64,000 bases of DNA from positions 405,618-469,617 of IMG/VR virus record IMGVR_UViG_3300028840_006907; one strand, given 5' to 3'. The notes below the pieces were generated by a model, which worked only from the letters and a program-made list of their open reading frames with translations, did no database searches and was not told the origin of the DNA. A program made the translations under genes and the position numbers. This document shows positions 39,351 through 48,600 of the stretch, piece by piece; positions within the stretch are counted from its first letter, which is position 1; each line of letters starts with the position of its first letter. This DNA is from a virus.

Positions 39351-39657
39351 CATGTTCGATTCTGTGAAAGGGTTACAGGAATTTCTGGATAATCCCACAG
39401 AGAATGGGTTTGAATTAAAAGAGGGGGATATGTATCATCGTGATAGTGATACTGTTTATCTCCCATTATTTAAAATAGGGCATATTCTAGATAATAAAGA
39501 ATGCCTAGAATTACATGCTTGTAAGACCTGTAGTGTAAGAGGAGTGCATGTAACATCATTGAAAGATTTTTTCTATTGTAGTTCGTGTAAGAAATTGATT
39601 CATGTTTCAATGTTGAAACCTGTAAAATACAGTAATGGGACTTATATTGATGCTTGA
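39328..39657 (+). CDS. hypothetical Cys-rich protein (109 aa)
   Basis: Track ORF; CKTCSV...CSSCKK. Confidence 0.45.
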   Translation: MTVSTETNMFDSVKGLQEFLDNPTENGFELKEGDMYHRDSDTVYLPLFKIGHILDNKECLELHACKTCSVRGVHVTSLKDFFYCSSCKKLIHVSMLKPVKYSNGTYIDA

Positions 39658-40012
39658 AGAGGAATGGTCGAAAAGTTTATACAAGGTAATTGGTTATCGG
39701 ATAACTAAAAAGAGACTTGAAAATAAATTAACGCAACAACAATTATCTGATAAAGCAGGATTATCCAGAACATCAATTACTCTGATAGAGCTAGGTAAGC
39801 AGAAACTCCCTATTGACAGGGTATATAGAATTGCAGAAGTACTAAAAACTGAACCACGTTTCTTTTTTCCTGATGTGGAAGATGTTTTCGGTATAAAAAA
39901 AGAAGCAGAGAGCTTTTTTACAAAAGAGGAAGAAACACAAATAGCAGGAATTTTAAGATCATATAAATTATATAAAACAGCTCTAAAAGACTTGTTGGAA
40001 CAGTGTGAATAG
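39635..40012 (+). CDS. XRE-family helix-turn-helix regulator (125 aa; start may be the Met at 39650)
   Basis: HTH block LTQQQLSDKAGLSRTSITLIELGKQ. Confidence 0.6.
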   Translation: MGLILMLEEEWSKSLYKVIGYRITKKRLENKLTQQQLSDKAGLSRTSITLIELGKQKLPIDRVYRIAEVLKTEPRFFFPDVEDVFGIKKEAESFFTKEEETQIAGILRSYKLYKTALKDLLEQCE

Positions 40013-40505
40013 ATATGATATTATACTTGGTAAAGATCCACCTCCTGCGCCTCCTCCATGTTGTAGAAGGATGATTGTAGGTTCAAGGAATAGTGGGAAG
40101 ACAACAGCTTTATTAAGAATATTAAATATCTATTTAAAGTTAGGTTATCCTTGTTTACTATGTATAATTAAATCACAAGAATCTTTCATTTTGAATATGT
40201 TAGGAGCGATGATTGAAAACAACCCAAAAAGGATGAAGAATTTAAAGACTTGTTCAATGTCTAATGAACGGTATATGTATGGTCATCCCTATCTGTTCTA
40301 TGATAATGTTGATTTTTATATGGATAGATTTCAGATGTTACCACCGGATAAAATTGTCTATGCTACATGTGATGAGAGTCAGTTGTTAAAATACAGGGAA
40401 TCTTTTGGAAGTAGAGTGATGAATATTTTAGGGTTGAAATGGGATGTTTTTTTGGCTGAAGAATTGGTTAATAAAAAGGTTAAGATTGAATTGATTTTTG
40501 AATAG
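40005..40505 (+). CDS. MxRYDI-family protein 1 (166 aa), GTG start
   Basis: N-terminus (M)NRYDIILGKDPPP; overlaps the upstream stop by 8 nt. Confidence 0.55.
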   Translation: MNRYDIILGKDPPPAPPPCCRRMIVGSRNSGKTTALLRILNIYLKLGYPCLLCIIKSQESFILNMLGAMIENNPKRMKNLKTCSMSNERYMYGHPYLFYDNVDFYMDRFQMLPPDKIVYATCDESQLLKYRESFGSRVMNILGLKWDVFLAEELVNKKVKIELIFE

Positions 40506-40513
40506 GGGTATAA

Positions 40514-40813
40514 ATGAATCGTTATGATATCTTGTTAAATAAAAAACCTTCTTTGTTTGATAAAATGGATCCATTGACATTGGAAACTTTTAAAGAAAGT
40601 ATGAAGGATTTTCAATTAAAAAGTAGACCATCATCTTTATTATCAAATTTTTCTATAGGTCCACCCAGATATAAGAGAGATGAACCGATCCCATTTAGGG
40701 GTAGTGACCAAACAGGTAATGATCAGACTTCTCAATATCCAATGTATGAACTATTTGATATAAGTTTTGTGAGAGAAGGTGGTGTCCCTATCATTGGAAA
40801 TAGCATAGTATGA
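40514..40813 (+). CDS. MxRYDI-family protein 2 (99 aa)
   Basis: N-terminus MNRYDILLNKKPSLF. Confidence 0.55.
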   Translation: MNRYDILLNKKPSLFDKMDPLTLETFKESMKDFQLKSRPSSLLSNFSIGPPRYKRDEPIPFRGSDQTGNDQTSQYPMYELFDISFVREGGVPIIGNSIV

Positions 40814-41220
40814 GTAGATATGATATTATAAAAGGGAAAAAAGTGCCTATAAAACGTGATCAACCTAATTTAATAATGGGGGTTGATATAGGGAGTGCTG
40901 ATTCAGAAACAGTTGTAGCTTTAATAGCGAAGCTTCAGAAAGAACAAAATGAAAATATTGAAATAGTGGGCATCTCAAGAGGGCATACGAAAAGAGGTTT
41001 TCTTCATGAGCATCCAGGACTTCAACAACGATTAAATATTGGCAATGATCATGTAATTGTGGATCGAGGGGATTGGGAAAGAGCTAGGCAAACTTTAACG
41101 GGGATTGATGGGACTTATACTAATCTTCCTCCACCTTCTTCACCTCCTTTACATAGAGGAAGGACTGTTCCTGATTTAAGTAGGTATAATCTTTCAAGTT
41201 TAAATATCAGCAATTCTTAA
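40810..41220 (+). CDS. MxRYDI-family protein 3 (136 aa)
   Basis: N-terminus MSRYDIIKGKKVP; C-terminal block HVIVDRGDWERARQTL shared with 41229 ORF. Confidence 0.55.
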   Translation: MSRYDIIKGKKVPIKRDQPNLIMGVDIGSADSETVVALIAKLQKEQNENIEIVGISRGHTKRGFLHEHPGLQQRLNIGNDHVIVDRGDWERARQTLTGIDGTYTNLPPPSSPPLHRGRTVPDLSRYNLSSLNISNS

Positions 41221-41228
41221 GGTAATGT

Positions 41229-41855
41229 ATGGGGCGTTTCGACATAATACTTAATAAGAGATCTCTGAAAAAAGTTTCTGGAAAAGAACCTGATGATTTG
41301 AAAGAATCAGAGGTAAAAAGAATCGAGATAGCTTTATTTCAAGACGCTATTAATGTAAGATCTTCTCCTGAAGATGCAATGACTATAAATAGAAATATGA
41401 ATGTAGCAGGAGCACCAGCAGTTAGTATTATTCAAGTAGAGATTGAAAATGAATATAATGTATCTGTTGGAGATGCGGTTGGTGTTAATTCAATTGGAGA
41501 AATTGTTCCAATTATTAATGAGAGTATAATACCTATTGGTATTATATCAAATATATTAGATATATCTTGTTGTCGTGGTGTACTTCATATTCATCCAGAT
41601 ACACAATCTCGATTAAATCTTGATGAAAATCATGTTATTGTAAATAGGGGTGATTGGGAAATAGCTAGAGAACTTCTTGTTCAAAATGGTTATAACAAAG
41701 ATCTAGAAAGTAATTCGTCTCTTCCAACTATAAATCTTGAGTCAAATAGAGAATTTAATGATTCTGCTGATGCAAGTGAATTTGATATGAATTCGGACGA
41801 TTCTAATGAGTCATTTAATCCTGATAATAACTGGGAAGATGATTTACCCTTTTAA
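41229..41855 (+). CDS. MxRYDI-family protein 4 (208 aa)
   Basis: N-terminus MGRFDIILNKRS; C-terminal block HVIVNRGDWEIARELL. Confidence 0.55.
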   Translation: MGRFDIILNKRSLKKVSGKEPDDLKESEVKRIEIALFQDAINVRSSPEDAMTINRNMNVAGAPAVSIIQVEIENEYNVSVGDAVGVNSIGEIVPIINESIIPIGIISNILDISCCRGVLHIHPDTQSRLNLDENHVIVNRGDWEIARELLVQNGYNKDLESNSSLPTINLESNREFNDSADASEFDMNSDDSNESFNPDNNWEDDLPF

Positions 41856-41867
41856 TCGAGAAAATAA

Positions 41868-42011
41868 ATGAATCGATATGGTATAGTTTTAAATAAAGAG
41901 CCGAAAAAGAAAGAGTTAAATCAGAAAATTAATAATAGAGTTGATGGTCAAAAAACTGTGAATTATAGAGGAATTAGGAACATCACAGGTATAACAGGAG
42001 CTATGTGGTAA
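41868..42011 (+). CDS. MxRYDI-family mini-protein 5 (47 aa, below track cut-off)
   Basis: Translated by eye: MNRYGIVLNKEPKKKE...; stop overlaps the next ATG (TAATG). Confidence 0.4.
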   Translation: MNRYGIVLNKEPKKKELNQKINNRVDGQKTVNYRGIRNITGITGAMW

Positions 42012-42709
42012 TGAATAGATTTGATATAGCACTGAATAAAAAGAAACCAGTAGAAAAAACTATAAATAAAGTTAAAGGATCTTTATTAAGTAATATAGTA
42101 AATCGTTTTCAGAATAAGTCAGATGGTTCTAGTAATACTCAAATACCTCCAATTGGTCTAGAAAGACAAATAGAGAGAAATCCTGGTAATTGGGATTCTC
42201 CAGATAATTCTAATCAAACAAGAATGCTTCAAGGTCAGACAGGTACTCAGATAATTCCAGGGGTTACTCATATGTTCGGTGTAACTGGTACTCAAGGGGT
42301 TCGAGGACAGCCAGGTCTTACTATTTCTTCTCAAGGTCAACTTGGTATTGATATCTCTTCTCCAGAACAGGAAGAATCAGCTCTTGGAGAACAAATACAT
42401 CGAGAAATGGCAGTACAAGCTGAGGAAGTTGCAAGGACTATGTTAAATATGGGTACTTCAGCTATAACTCATTCTGGGGATACTATGAGTTCTCGTGGAC
42501 CTACTTCTAGGCATCTATTGATAGCAGGTCCTGACGGGCACCGAATAATTATTCCATTAAGATCTTTGGCTTATTCTATTAGTGAAAATGAAAATGGCCG
42601 TTCCACTCTTCATTTAACACTTCCTACCCGAGAAGCCCAGGCGCTTAATCGAGATATTCGAGCTGGTTTTCAAAGACAAGGGGAAGTTGATGGAGGTCGC
42701 TATGGATAG
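42011..42709 (+). CDS. MxRYDI-family protein 6, Gly/Thr/Gln-rich (about 232 aa; ATG inside track ORF 42005..42709)
   Basis: N-terminus MNRFDIALNKKKPVEK. Confidence 0.55.
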   Translation: MNRFDIALNKKKPVEKTINKVKGSLLSNIVNRFQNKSDGSSNTQIPPIGLERQIERNPGNWDSPDNSNQTRMLQGQTGTQIIPGVTHMFGVTGTQGVRGQPGLTISSQGQLGIDISSPEQEESALGEQIHREMAVQAEEVARTMLNMGTSAITHSGDTMSSRGPTSRHLLIAGPDGHRIIIPLRSLAYSISENENGRSTLHLTLPTREAQALNRDIRAGFQRQGEVDGGRYG

Positions 42710-43097
42710 GTTTGAAATTGCAGTTCATTTTCAAAACCAAAGAAAAAAAATTAAAGCTTTTCGTTTTCCTTCTACCAGGTATGCAGGACAGGCCCTGAAA
42801 TATATTGAGTATGCTATTACCAATGATGGTATCTATATTGCTGATAACGTACCTCAGGATGCTTTAGACAGCGCTGTAATCCAGGCTAGTAAAATTTATG
42901 ATGCTCCTATAGTGATAGAATTGGAATCACAAGCTCGATTATTTTCCATATCGCATTCACATAAGGTTTATTCATTGGAAAATTTACCCAAACAAAAATA
43001 TGTAATCTGTTATAATTGTTCTGAAAACAGCCTCCCTTATGATGTGCAGGTAATAGGTACCATTTTTGGGCATACCAGAAATATAAAATTTATTTGA
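42702..43097 (+). CDS. MxRYDI-family protein 7 (about 131 aa; internal Met of track ORF 42687..43097)
   Basis: N-terminus MDRFEIAVHFQNQRKK; 8-nt overlap with the upstream gene. Confidence 0.5.
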   Translation: MDRFEIAVHFQNQRKKIKAFRFPSTRYAGQALKYIEYAITNDGIYIADNVPQDALDSAVIQASKIYDAPIVIELESQARLFSISHSHKVYSLENLPKQKYVICYNCSENSLPYDVQVIGTIFGHTRNIKFI

Positions 43098-43196
43098 TTT
43101 TTGTAATAATCTCTTTATTCACTTTCATAGGTAAAGCTTCTTTTGAGGCAGGTGGTATTAAATTTAATTCTCTCCCAGTTTTAAGGAGGATAACTT

Positions 43197-44042
43197 ATGA
43201 ATTTCCTCGTTATTTTAATCCTTGTTATTACTCTCCTTTTTTTTGGTTGTACTTATAATTTTGAGTATGGTTCTAGTCTCGCAAATTTTCAAGAAAAAAA
43301 GTATAATGATTATTTAGATAATAAGTCTCTTACTAAAGAGGAAAAGAAAAGGCTCACGAAAAATATGTGGGTTAAAATGGCCGAAGGTGCAGCTCCGAAC
43401 AATTTGGTTATTCGTCAATACTGTCTTATTGATCTCTATAAAGGACGGGCTTCTCATAGAAGACGTATAGGGGCTCAATTAAAATTATTGGGTGAGGATA
43501 TATGGCGTGAGGGTTATAGTTATTGGCTCTATACAAAACCATTACTATTTGAATATTATCGAAAATTTGGTGCTTACGGTACATTTATCAGACAAATGGA
43601 TAAGAAGTTCCAGGAAACTTCTTATTTATGGCAGGATGGAAAGCTTTATCCAGCTCCGTTTGGAGATATCCGTCACATACCATTAGAAGACAGTTTACAG
43701 GGATCGGCACCGATAAGTAAAAACCGTGAGATTTATCCTCTTATTATTACTATTGTAGATAGAGATACAATAGAATATTTTGTCCAAAAGAGTCCTTTGG
43801 GTTTTAATACCCATATTCCTCTTGAGACACGGACTGTTGTGGTGACACCTCGAACTATTTTTGTTCGAAATATTGATGGTAAAGAGGTTCCTTTCCAGTG
43901 GTATAAGGGATATGATAAAAAGTATGAAAGTAAAGGAGCTGAATTTAAAGATACTTTTAATTGGAAACGGTTAAAATCGCTGAGTCCAAAGGATATGTGG
44001 AAAATTTATATAGGTATATTCTATGAAAGTAAAGTTGAGTAA
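43197..44042 (+). CDS. putative lipoprotein/secreted protein (281 aa)
   Basis: AAGGAGG RBS; N-terminus MNFLVILILVITLLFFGC with lipobox-like FFGC. Confidence 0.55.
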   Translation: MNFLVILILVITLLFFGCTYNFEYGSSLANFQEKKYNDYLDNKSLTKEEKKRLTKNMWVKMAEGAAPNNLVIRQYCLIDLYKGRASHRRRIGAQLKLLGEDIWREGYSYWLYTKPLLFEYYRKFGAYGTFIRQMDKKFQETSYLWQDGKLYPAPFGDIRHIPLEDSLQGSAPISKNREIYPLIITIVDRDTIEYFVQKSPLGFNTHIPLETRTVVVTPRTIFVRNIDGKEVPFQWYKGYDKKYESKGAEFKDTFNWKRLKSLSPKDMWKIYIGIFYESKVE

Positions 44043-44245
44043 GACTTTTAGTATAAAATAATTACATTTAACTTTAATACTTCCAACACTATACATTTTT
44101 ACTGGAAAAAATTATTTTCTTTGTATGGGGAACATTTTTTTATTGCCAAGTTATAATCCAAAATTATATTATTATTAAAACACCTCTAACTTAATTCATT
44201 TAACTAAGTTATACATCAACAAACAGATTACTATGAGGTCATCTA

Positions 44246-45076
44246 ATGATCAGTATCTTTGACTATACTAGCTATAAAGATTTTATTTCCGATTACTATA
44301 AAGAGCAAAAACAATTAAATCCGAAATTTTCATATCAGTATTTTGCTGATAAGGCTGGTTTCCGGACTAAAACTTTCATACCCAAAGTTATTAGTGGAGA
44401 AAAAAAACTAGCTCAACGTAGCACCCATATGATTACTAAAGCTATGGAACTGAATAAAAGAGAGGAAAAATATTTCATAGCTCTGGTTAATTTTAATAAT
44501 TCTAAGAATATCGATGAAAAAGAATATCAATTCTACCAATTACAATCACTTGGTAAGAAGTCAAAAAAATTTCAAACTTTAAAAAATGAGTTTGATTACT
44601 TCTCTAAATGGTATCATGTTGTTATTTATGAATTATTGGCATTTTATGATTGGAAAAATGATTATAAGATTTTAGCAAAAGCAGTAGATCCTCCTATAAC
44701 CGAAGTCCAGGCACGGAAAGCGGTAACTTTATTAAAAGAATTGGGACTTATAAAAAAGGGATCATCGGGTAAATATGTGCATTGTAAATCTATTGTTATT
44801 AGTGATGAATTAAGAGAATTAGCTTTTAAGAAATTTCACAAACAAGTATTAGAATTGGGTCAAAATGCCCTTTTTAAAGGGATTGAAAATCAAGAACTTA
44901 CTACAATTACAAATAGAGTTTCTATAAAAGCATTATCCTTAATAAAAGCTGAAATGAAAAATCTTCAGATAAAAATAGCTGAAATTATAGATGAGGATCA
45001 AGTACCTACCAATGGGGTATTCCATTTGAATTTGCAATTATTTCCAGTATCAAAAACAGAAAAGGAAAAGAAATGA
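44246..45076 (+). CDS. hypothetical protein resembling the TIGR02147 (Fibrobacter-type paralogous) family, possible DNA-binding (276 aa)
   Basis: Blocks IFDYTSYKDFISDYYKEQKQLNPKFSYQYFADKAGF, YFSKWYHVVIYELL, HLNLQLFPVSK match the family as I recall it; unverified. Confidence 0.5.
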   Translation: MISIFDYTSYKDFISDYYKEQKQLNPKFSYQYFADKAGFRTKTFIPKVISGEKKLAQRSTHMITKAMELNKREEKYFIALVNFNNSKNIDEKEYQFYQLQSLGKKSKKFQTLKNEFDYFSKWYHVVIYELLAFYDWKNDYKILAKAVDPPITEVQARKAVTLLKELGLIKKGSSGKYVHCKSIVISDELRELAFKKFHKQVLELGQNALFKGIENQELTTITNRVSIKALSLIKAEMKNLQIKIAEIIDEDQVPTNGVFHLNLQLFPVSKTEKEKK

Positions 45077-45249
45077 CAGATAATAAAAAAGAATGTGATG
45101 CTTTAAATGGTGATTTTGATGGAATGAGTGCTACTGATGGTAATGTTACATATACAGTAAATGGTACTTTTATGGATTCCAATGGATGTTTGAAAACCTA
45201 TGGGGATGGGTATGATGAATCTTTCATAGTAGACACGGATTATTATTAA
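45073..45249 (+). CDS. small hypothetical protein (58 aa, below track cut-off)
   Basis: ATGA overlap with the stop of 44246..45076; the track instead lists an antisense ORF 45103..45303. Confidence 0.3.
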   Translation: MTDNKKECDALNGDFDGMSATDGNVTYTVNGTFMDSNGCLKTYGDGYDESFIVDTDYY

Positions 45250-45339
45250 AAAAATAAATTTAAATAAATTTTCGAATAATGCATAATTTAAATAATAAGA
45301 CATCAGTGATTTTAACTATTAAACAACTCTCTAAATGTT

Positions 45340-45528
45340 ATGCTCTACATCATTTTATATATTGGTTTTGTTATTATTTTTATGCTTGGTCTTTATTTTA
45401 TTCGAGGAATTTATACTTCCATAGGTTGTCTGGCCCAAATGTTATATACTCTTGAAAGTAGAGTAATAATGTTAGAAAGACAGATGGAAAGGTTAAATGA
45501 ATCTAAGAAATCAGAAATAAAAGAATAA
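45340..45528 (+). CDS. small membrane protein (62 aa)
   Basis: Single hydrophobic helix then charged tail; last rightward ORF before the strand switch. Confidence 0.35.
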   Translation: MLYIILYIGFVIIFMLGLYFIRGIYTSIGCLAQMLYTLESRVIMLERQMERLNESKKSEIKE

Positions 45529-45620
45529 TTTCTATGGGAAAAAAGTATTCTGGAATCTTTTGATACTATTATAAAAGAATGTGATGATATTGAAGAGACA
45601 ATGAGTATAAACCCCGATGA

Positions 45621-45640
45621 CCCTGAAATATCTTTCAGGG
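45621..45640. terminator. perfect 8-bp stem / 4-nt loop hairpin in the convergent intergenic zone
   Basis: ccctgaaa tatc tttcaggg read directly; lies between convergent gene ends (45528/45694); no strong U-tract on either side. Confidence 0.3.
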
Positions 45641-45693
45641 TTCAACGAAATTTCTCGAAACTAATATCAATACTAAATTTGTAGCATATTAAT

Positions 45694-48600
45694 TTATGGT
45701 GAATTCCTATAAATGGCATATATTGAGTAGACATAATTTGATACAGTACTACTTCCGAAGTGATTTGGCATTCCATCAGACCACGATGATCCATTAACCA
45801 AAGCTCTTCCTGAATCATGTTCTTCATACCGTACTTCTGTAGCATTTTCAAATACCCATGCTAACCAGATCTTAGTTCCTGCTAAAATATTTACCGGTGT
45901 TGTTAAACTGATTGTTTGCCATCCTTCATTTGAATTTACATTTGTTTGAGGAGTGATGCCTAATAAGTTCTCAGGAACGTTATCTCCATCATATACAGCC
46001 AAAATAAGGTTGCCGGTACCACCACCATGGTAAATGGCTATACTGTCTATATAGTCATTATATGGCATTGTGAAAGGCATCGCACGTCTTGGGGTAGTTG
46101 TTACTTTCTTCGGAAAAATGGTTGTGTACCCTATTGTTGGAGCAACATGAGCCACGGCAGATCCCGGCACAGACCAATGAGTAATATTATAAGCTCTTCT
46201 AGGACTGTTATCTATTGCTCTTACCCTATAAGTACAGAGATTAGGATTATAAATTCCAGTATCAACGTAAATAGGGCTTTCTTGCCATTTGCTATTATGG
46301 CATGGTCCTCCAATACATTCAAAATGATATTCAACTCCATTCTCATCTGTGGCTTCAACAGCTTCCATCATTATAGAATTATGTCCCATAATTACCGGAG
46401 CAACTTCCCAGGATAAAGGGTTTGGTTGTGGTGGGGAATAATCGGGTTGTGGATTTGATCTTAATTCAAAAGGAGCCATACGAGTTTTATTCCCAGTTCT
46501 AAGATATATTCCAGTAACGGCTACAGGATATAATGTATCTATTCCTGAGGTAGTTGATACATCAATTAAATCTTTTTTAAGATCAAAGTTGTAGTCATGG
46601 ATAAGAGTATCTGGGACAGCACCGATGCCAACCCGAGCTTCTTTTCCATTACTATACATTTTTTTAAATCCTTTATCATACCGAGTATCATAAGCAATAC
46701 GGCATATTGTGTTTTTATTAGTTATTACTTCTACAAAGAGTCTAAAAGGATCGAATGATGTAATATTTGTGAATCCATAAAATTGGTGAGTATTGGGTAA
46801 TGGAAATTTGAATTTATACAAAGTAGCCATACCACTATCACTGATAAATTCAGTGAAGACTCCAACTGTATTTAAGGAAGTTCCTTGTTTAGTTCCCAGT
46901 ATTTTCCATACCTTGTAATGGTCAGGATGGTTAACAGATGTGTAAGGAGTTCGATCTGTCCATAATACATCTTTTTTTGTGTCGCCTAAATGCAAACCAT
47001 AAAGGAGTATTTCTCGTTCTATTCTGAAAGATATTCCTAATACACCAATAATTTCCATTTTGGGTATACCTTCGGCTGAACAAACACTATCGAGATCTTC
47101 TTGTAAAAAGCCATAATAACTATGCCAATATACTCCAAATCGGCCATCACCTATCCCGATACGGGCATCTCGGCCTGAAACATAATGGGCTATTCTTTTT
47201 TCGGTCCAGTTTCTGGTATCATAAGCAATATCGTAGTCAATAACAGTATCATTTACAGTATCTACAACTAATACTTCGTAATACATTCTAAAATCACTGG
47301 TATAATTTTTAATACCAATATAAGAAAAGAATTGAGACACATTAGGTTCATCAAATTTGAGTTTGAAACTTGTGGCCATTCCATTAGTGGTGAGTAGTCT
47401 TGTACAATAGGTACTATCTTCATATTCATAGAATTTTGTTACGATGGCATTTGAATCATTGCCTCTTATGTCCCAATTAGCTAATACTATGCTGGTATCT
47501 CGAATATAAAATTTATCACTCATAGCATTAGTAGAGTCATGAAAAAATGTTGGTATTTCCATTTCAACGGTATCACATTTAAATCTAATTTCAATAAGTC
47601 GGGTGATTCTTTTGGGAACTTTTCTTAATGCTACAGCAATTTCATTTAAAGAGTGTTGTAAATGATGATTTACTCTTTTCCATGATCCATCATTATGTGG
47701 GCCTATACCATAGCGCAATTCACCATTTTTACTGATATATTTATCCCGATGCCGAGTATCAAAAACTAGAAGGATTGTGTCATTGTCTTTTGTTTCCAAA
47801 TAATGAGTGATTCTGTAATGTCCCCATGATTTTAATCTATAATGGGCATCTAAATAAGGGGCATGCATATCGAGGTTAAAAGAGTCATTCATGAATAGTT
47901 TCCATCCTACATTGAGATTCCCTTCTAATCTGATTAACATATCCATAAAAGTATTTCCAATATTTACTTTATCGGTATCACTTTGAAGGATAGTATATTT
48001 GGTTCCCCGAGCTGAAGTGTAATTTCTCCAATCGCCATATTGTCTTATATCTTTGTAAAAATCCATTGTAATTATATCAGAGATCCCAGACATAGACCCG
48101 TTGTCTAATCCAATTACACTATAAGTTGAAATTAGCGATTGATTTATATTTCGATCTACATAGAATGTATCAGATATAGTATCAATAGGACTTGTGTCTT
48201 TATATACTATATATTGGCTTGTAGGGATACTATTCCAACGAAGCATAGCTGAATCTCTATCAGCTTGAATAACTATTAAATTTTTAGGGTATATTTGGGA
48301 AATATCTGTCTGGGTACAAGTAGCATCATAACATACTTGAAAATTATCAATATTAAATTGAAGAAGACTATCTCGGCAAAAGTGGGTTATACCATATATT
48401 TCTAAAGCTGAAATTAAATTGAGATTTTCAGCGAAACTTATAACTCTGAGAGGAGATTCCTGTTCCCAGCCATTGGCAATTGCTTCACTATCTGACCAAG
48501 TAGGATCTAATTTGACACTTAAGTGGGACCAGGAGTTAATTTTAAAATCTTCTCTTGTAAATATTTTTTTCCATGCTTTATTAATATTGCATCTTAATCT

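Noticed and set aside
45103-45303. Minus-strand track ORF 45103..45303 and 45642..45851.
   Set aside because: 45103..45303 overlaps a plus-strand mini-ORF that is coupled (ATGA) to the upstream gene; 45642..45851 overlaps the 3' end of the 1376-aa gene in another frame. Both are more likely noise.
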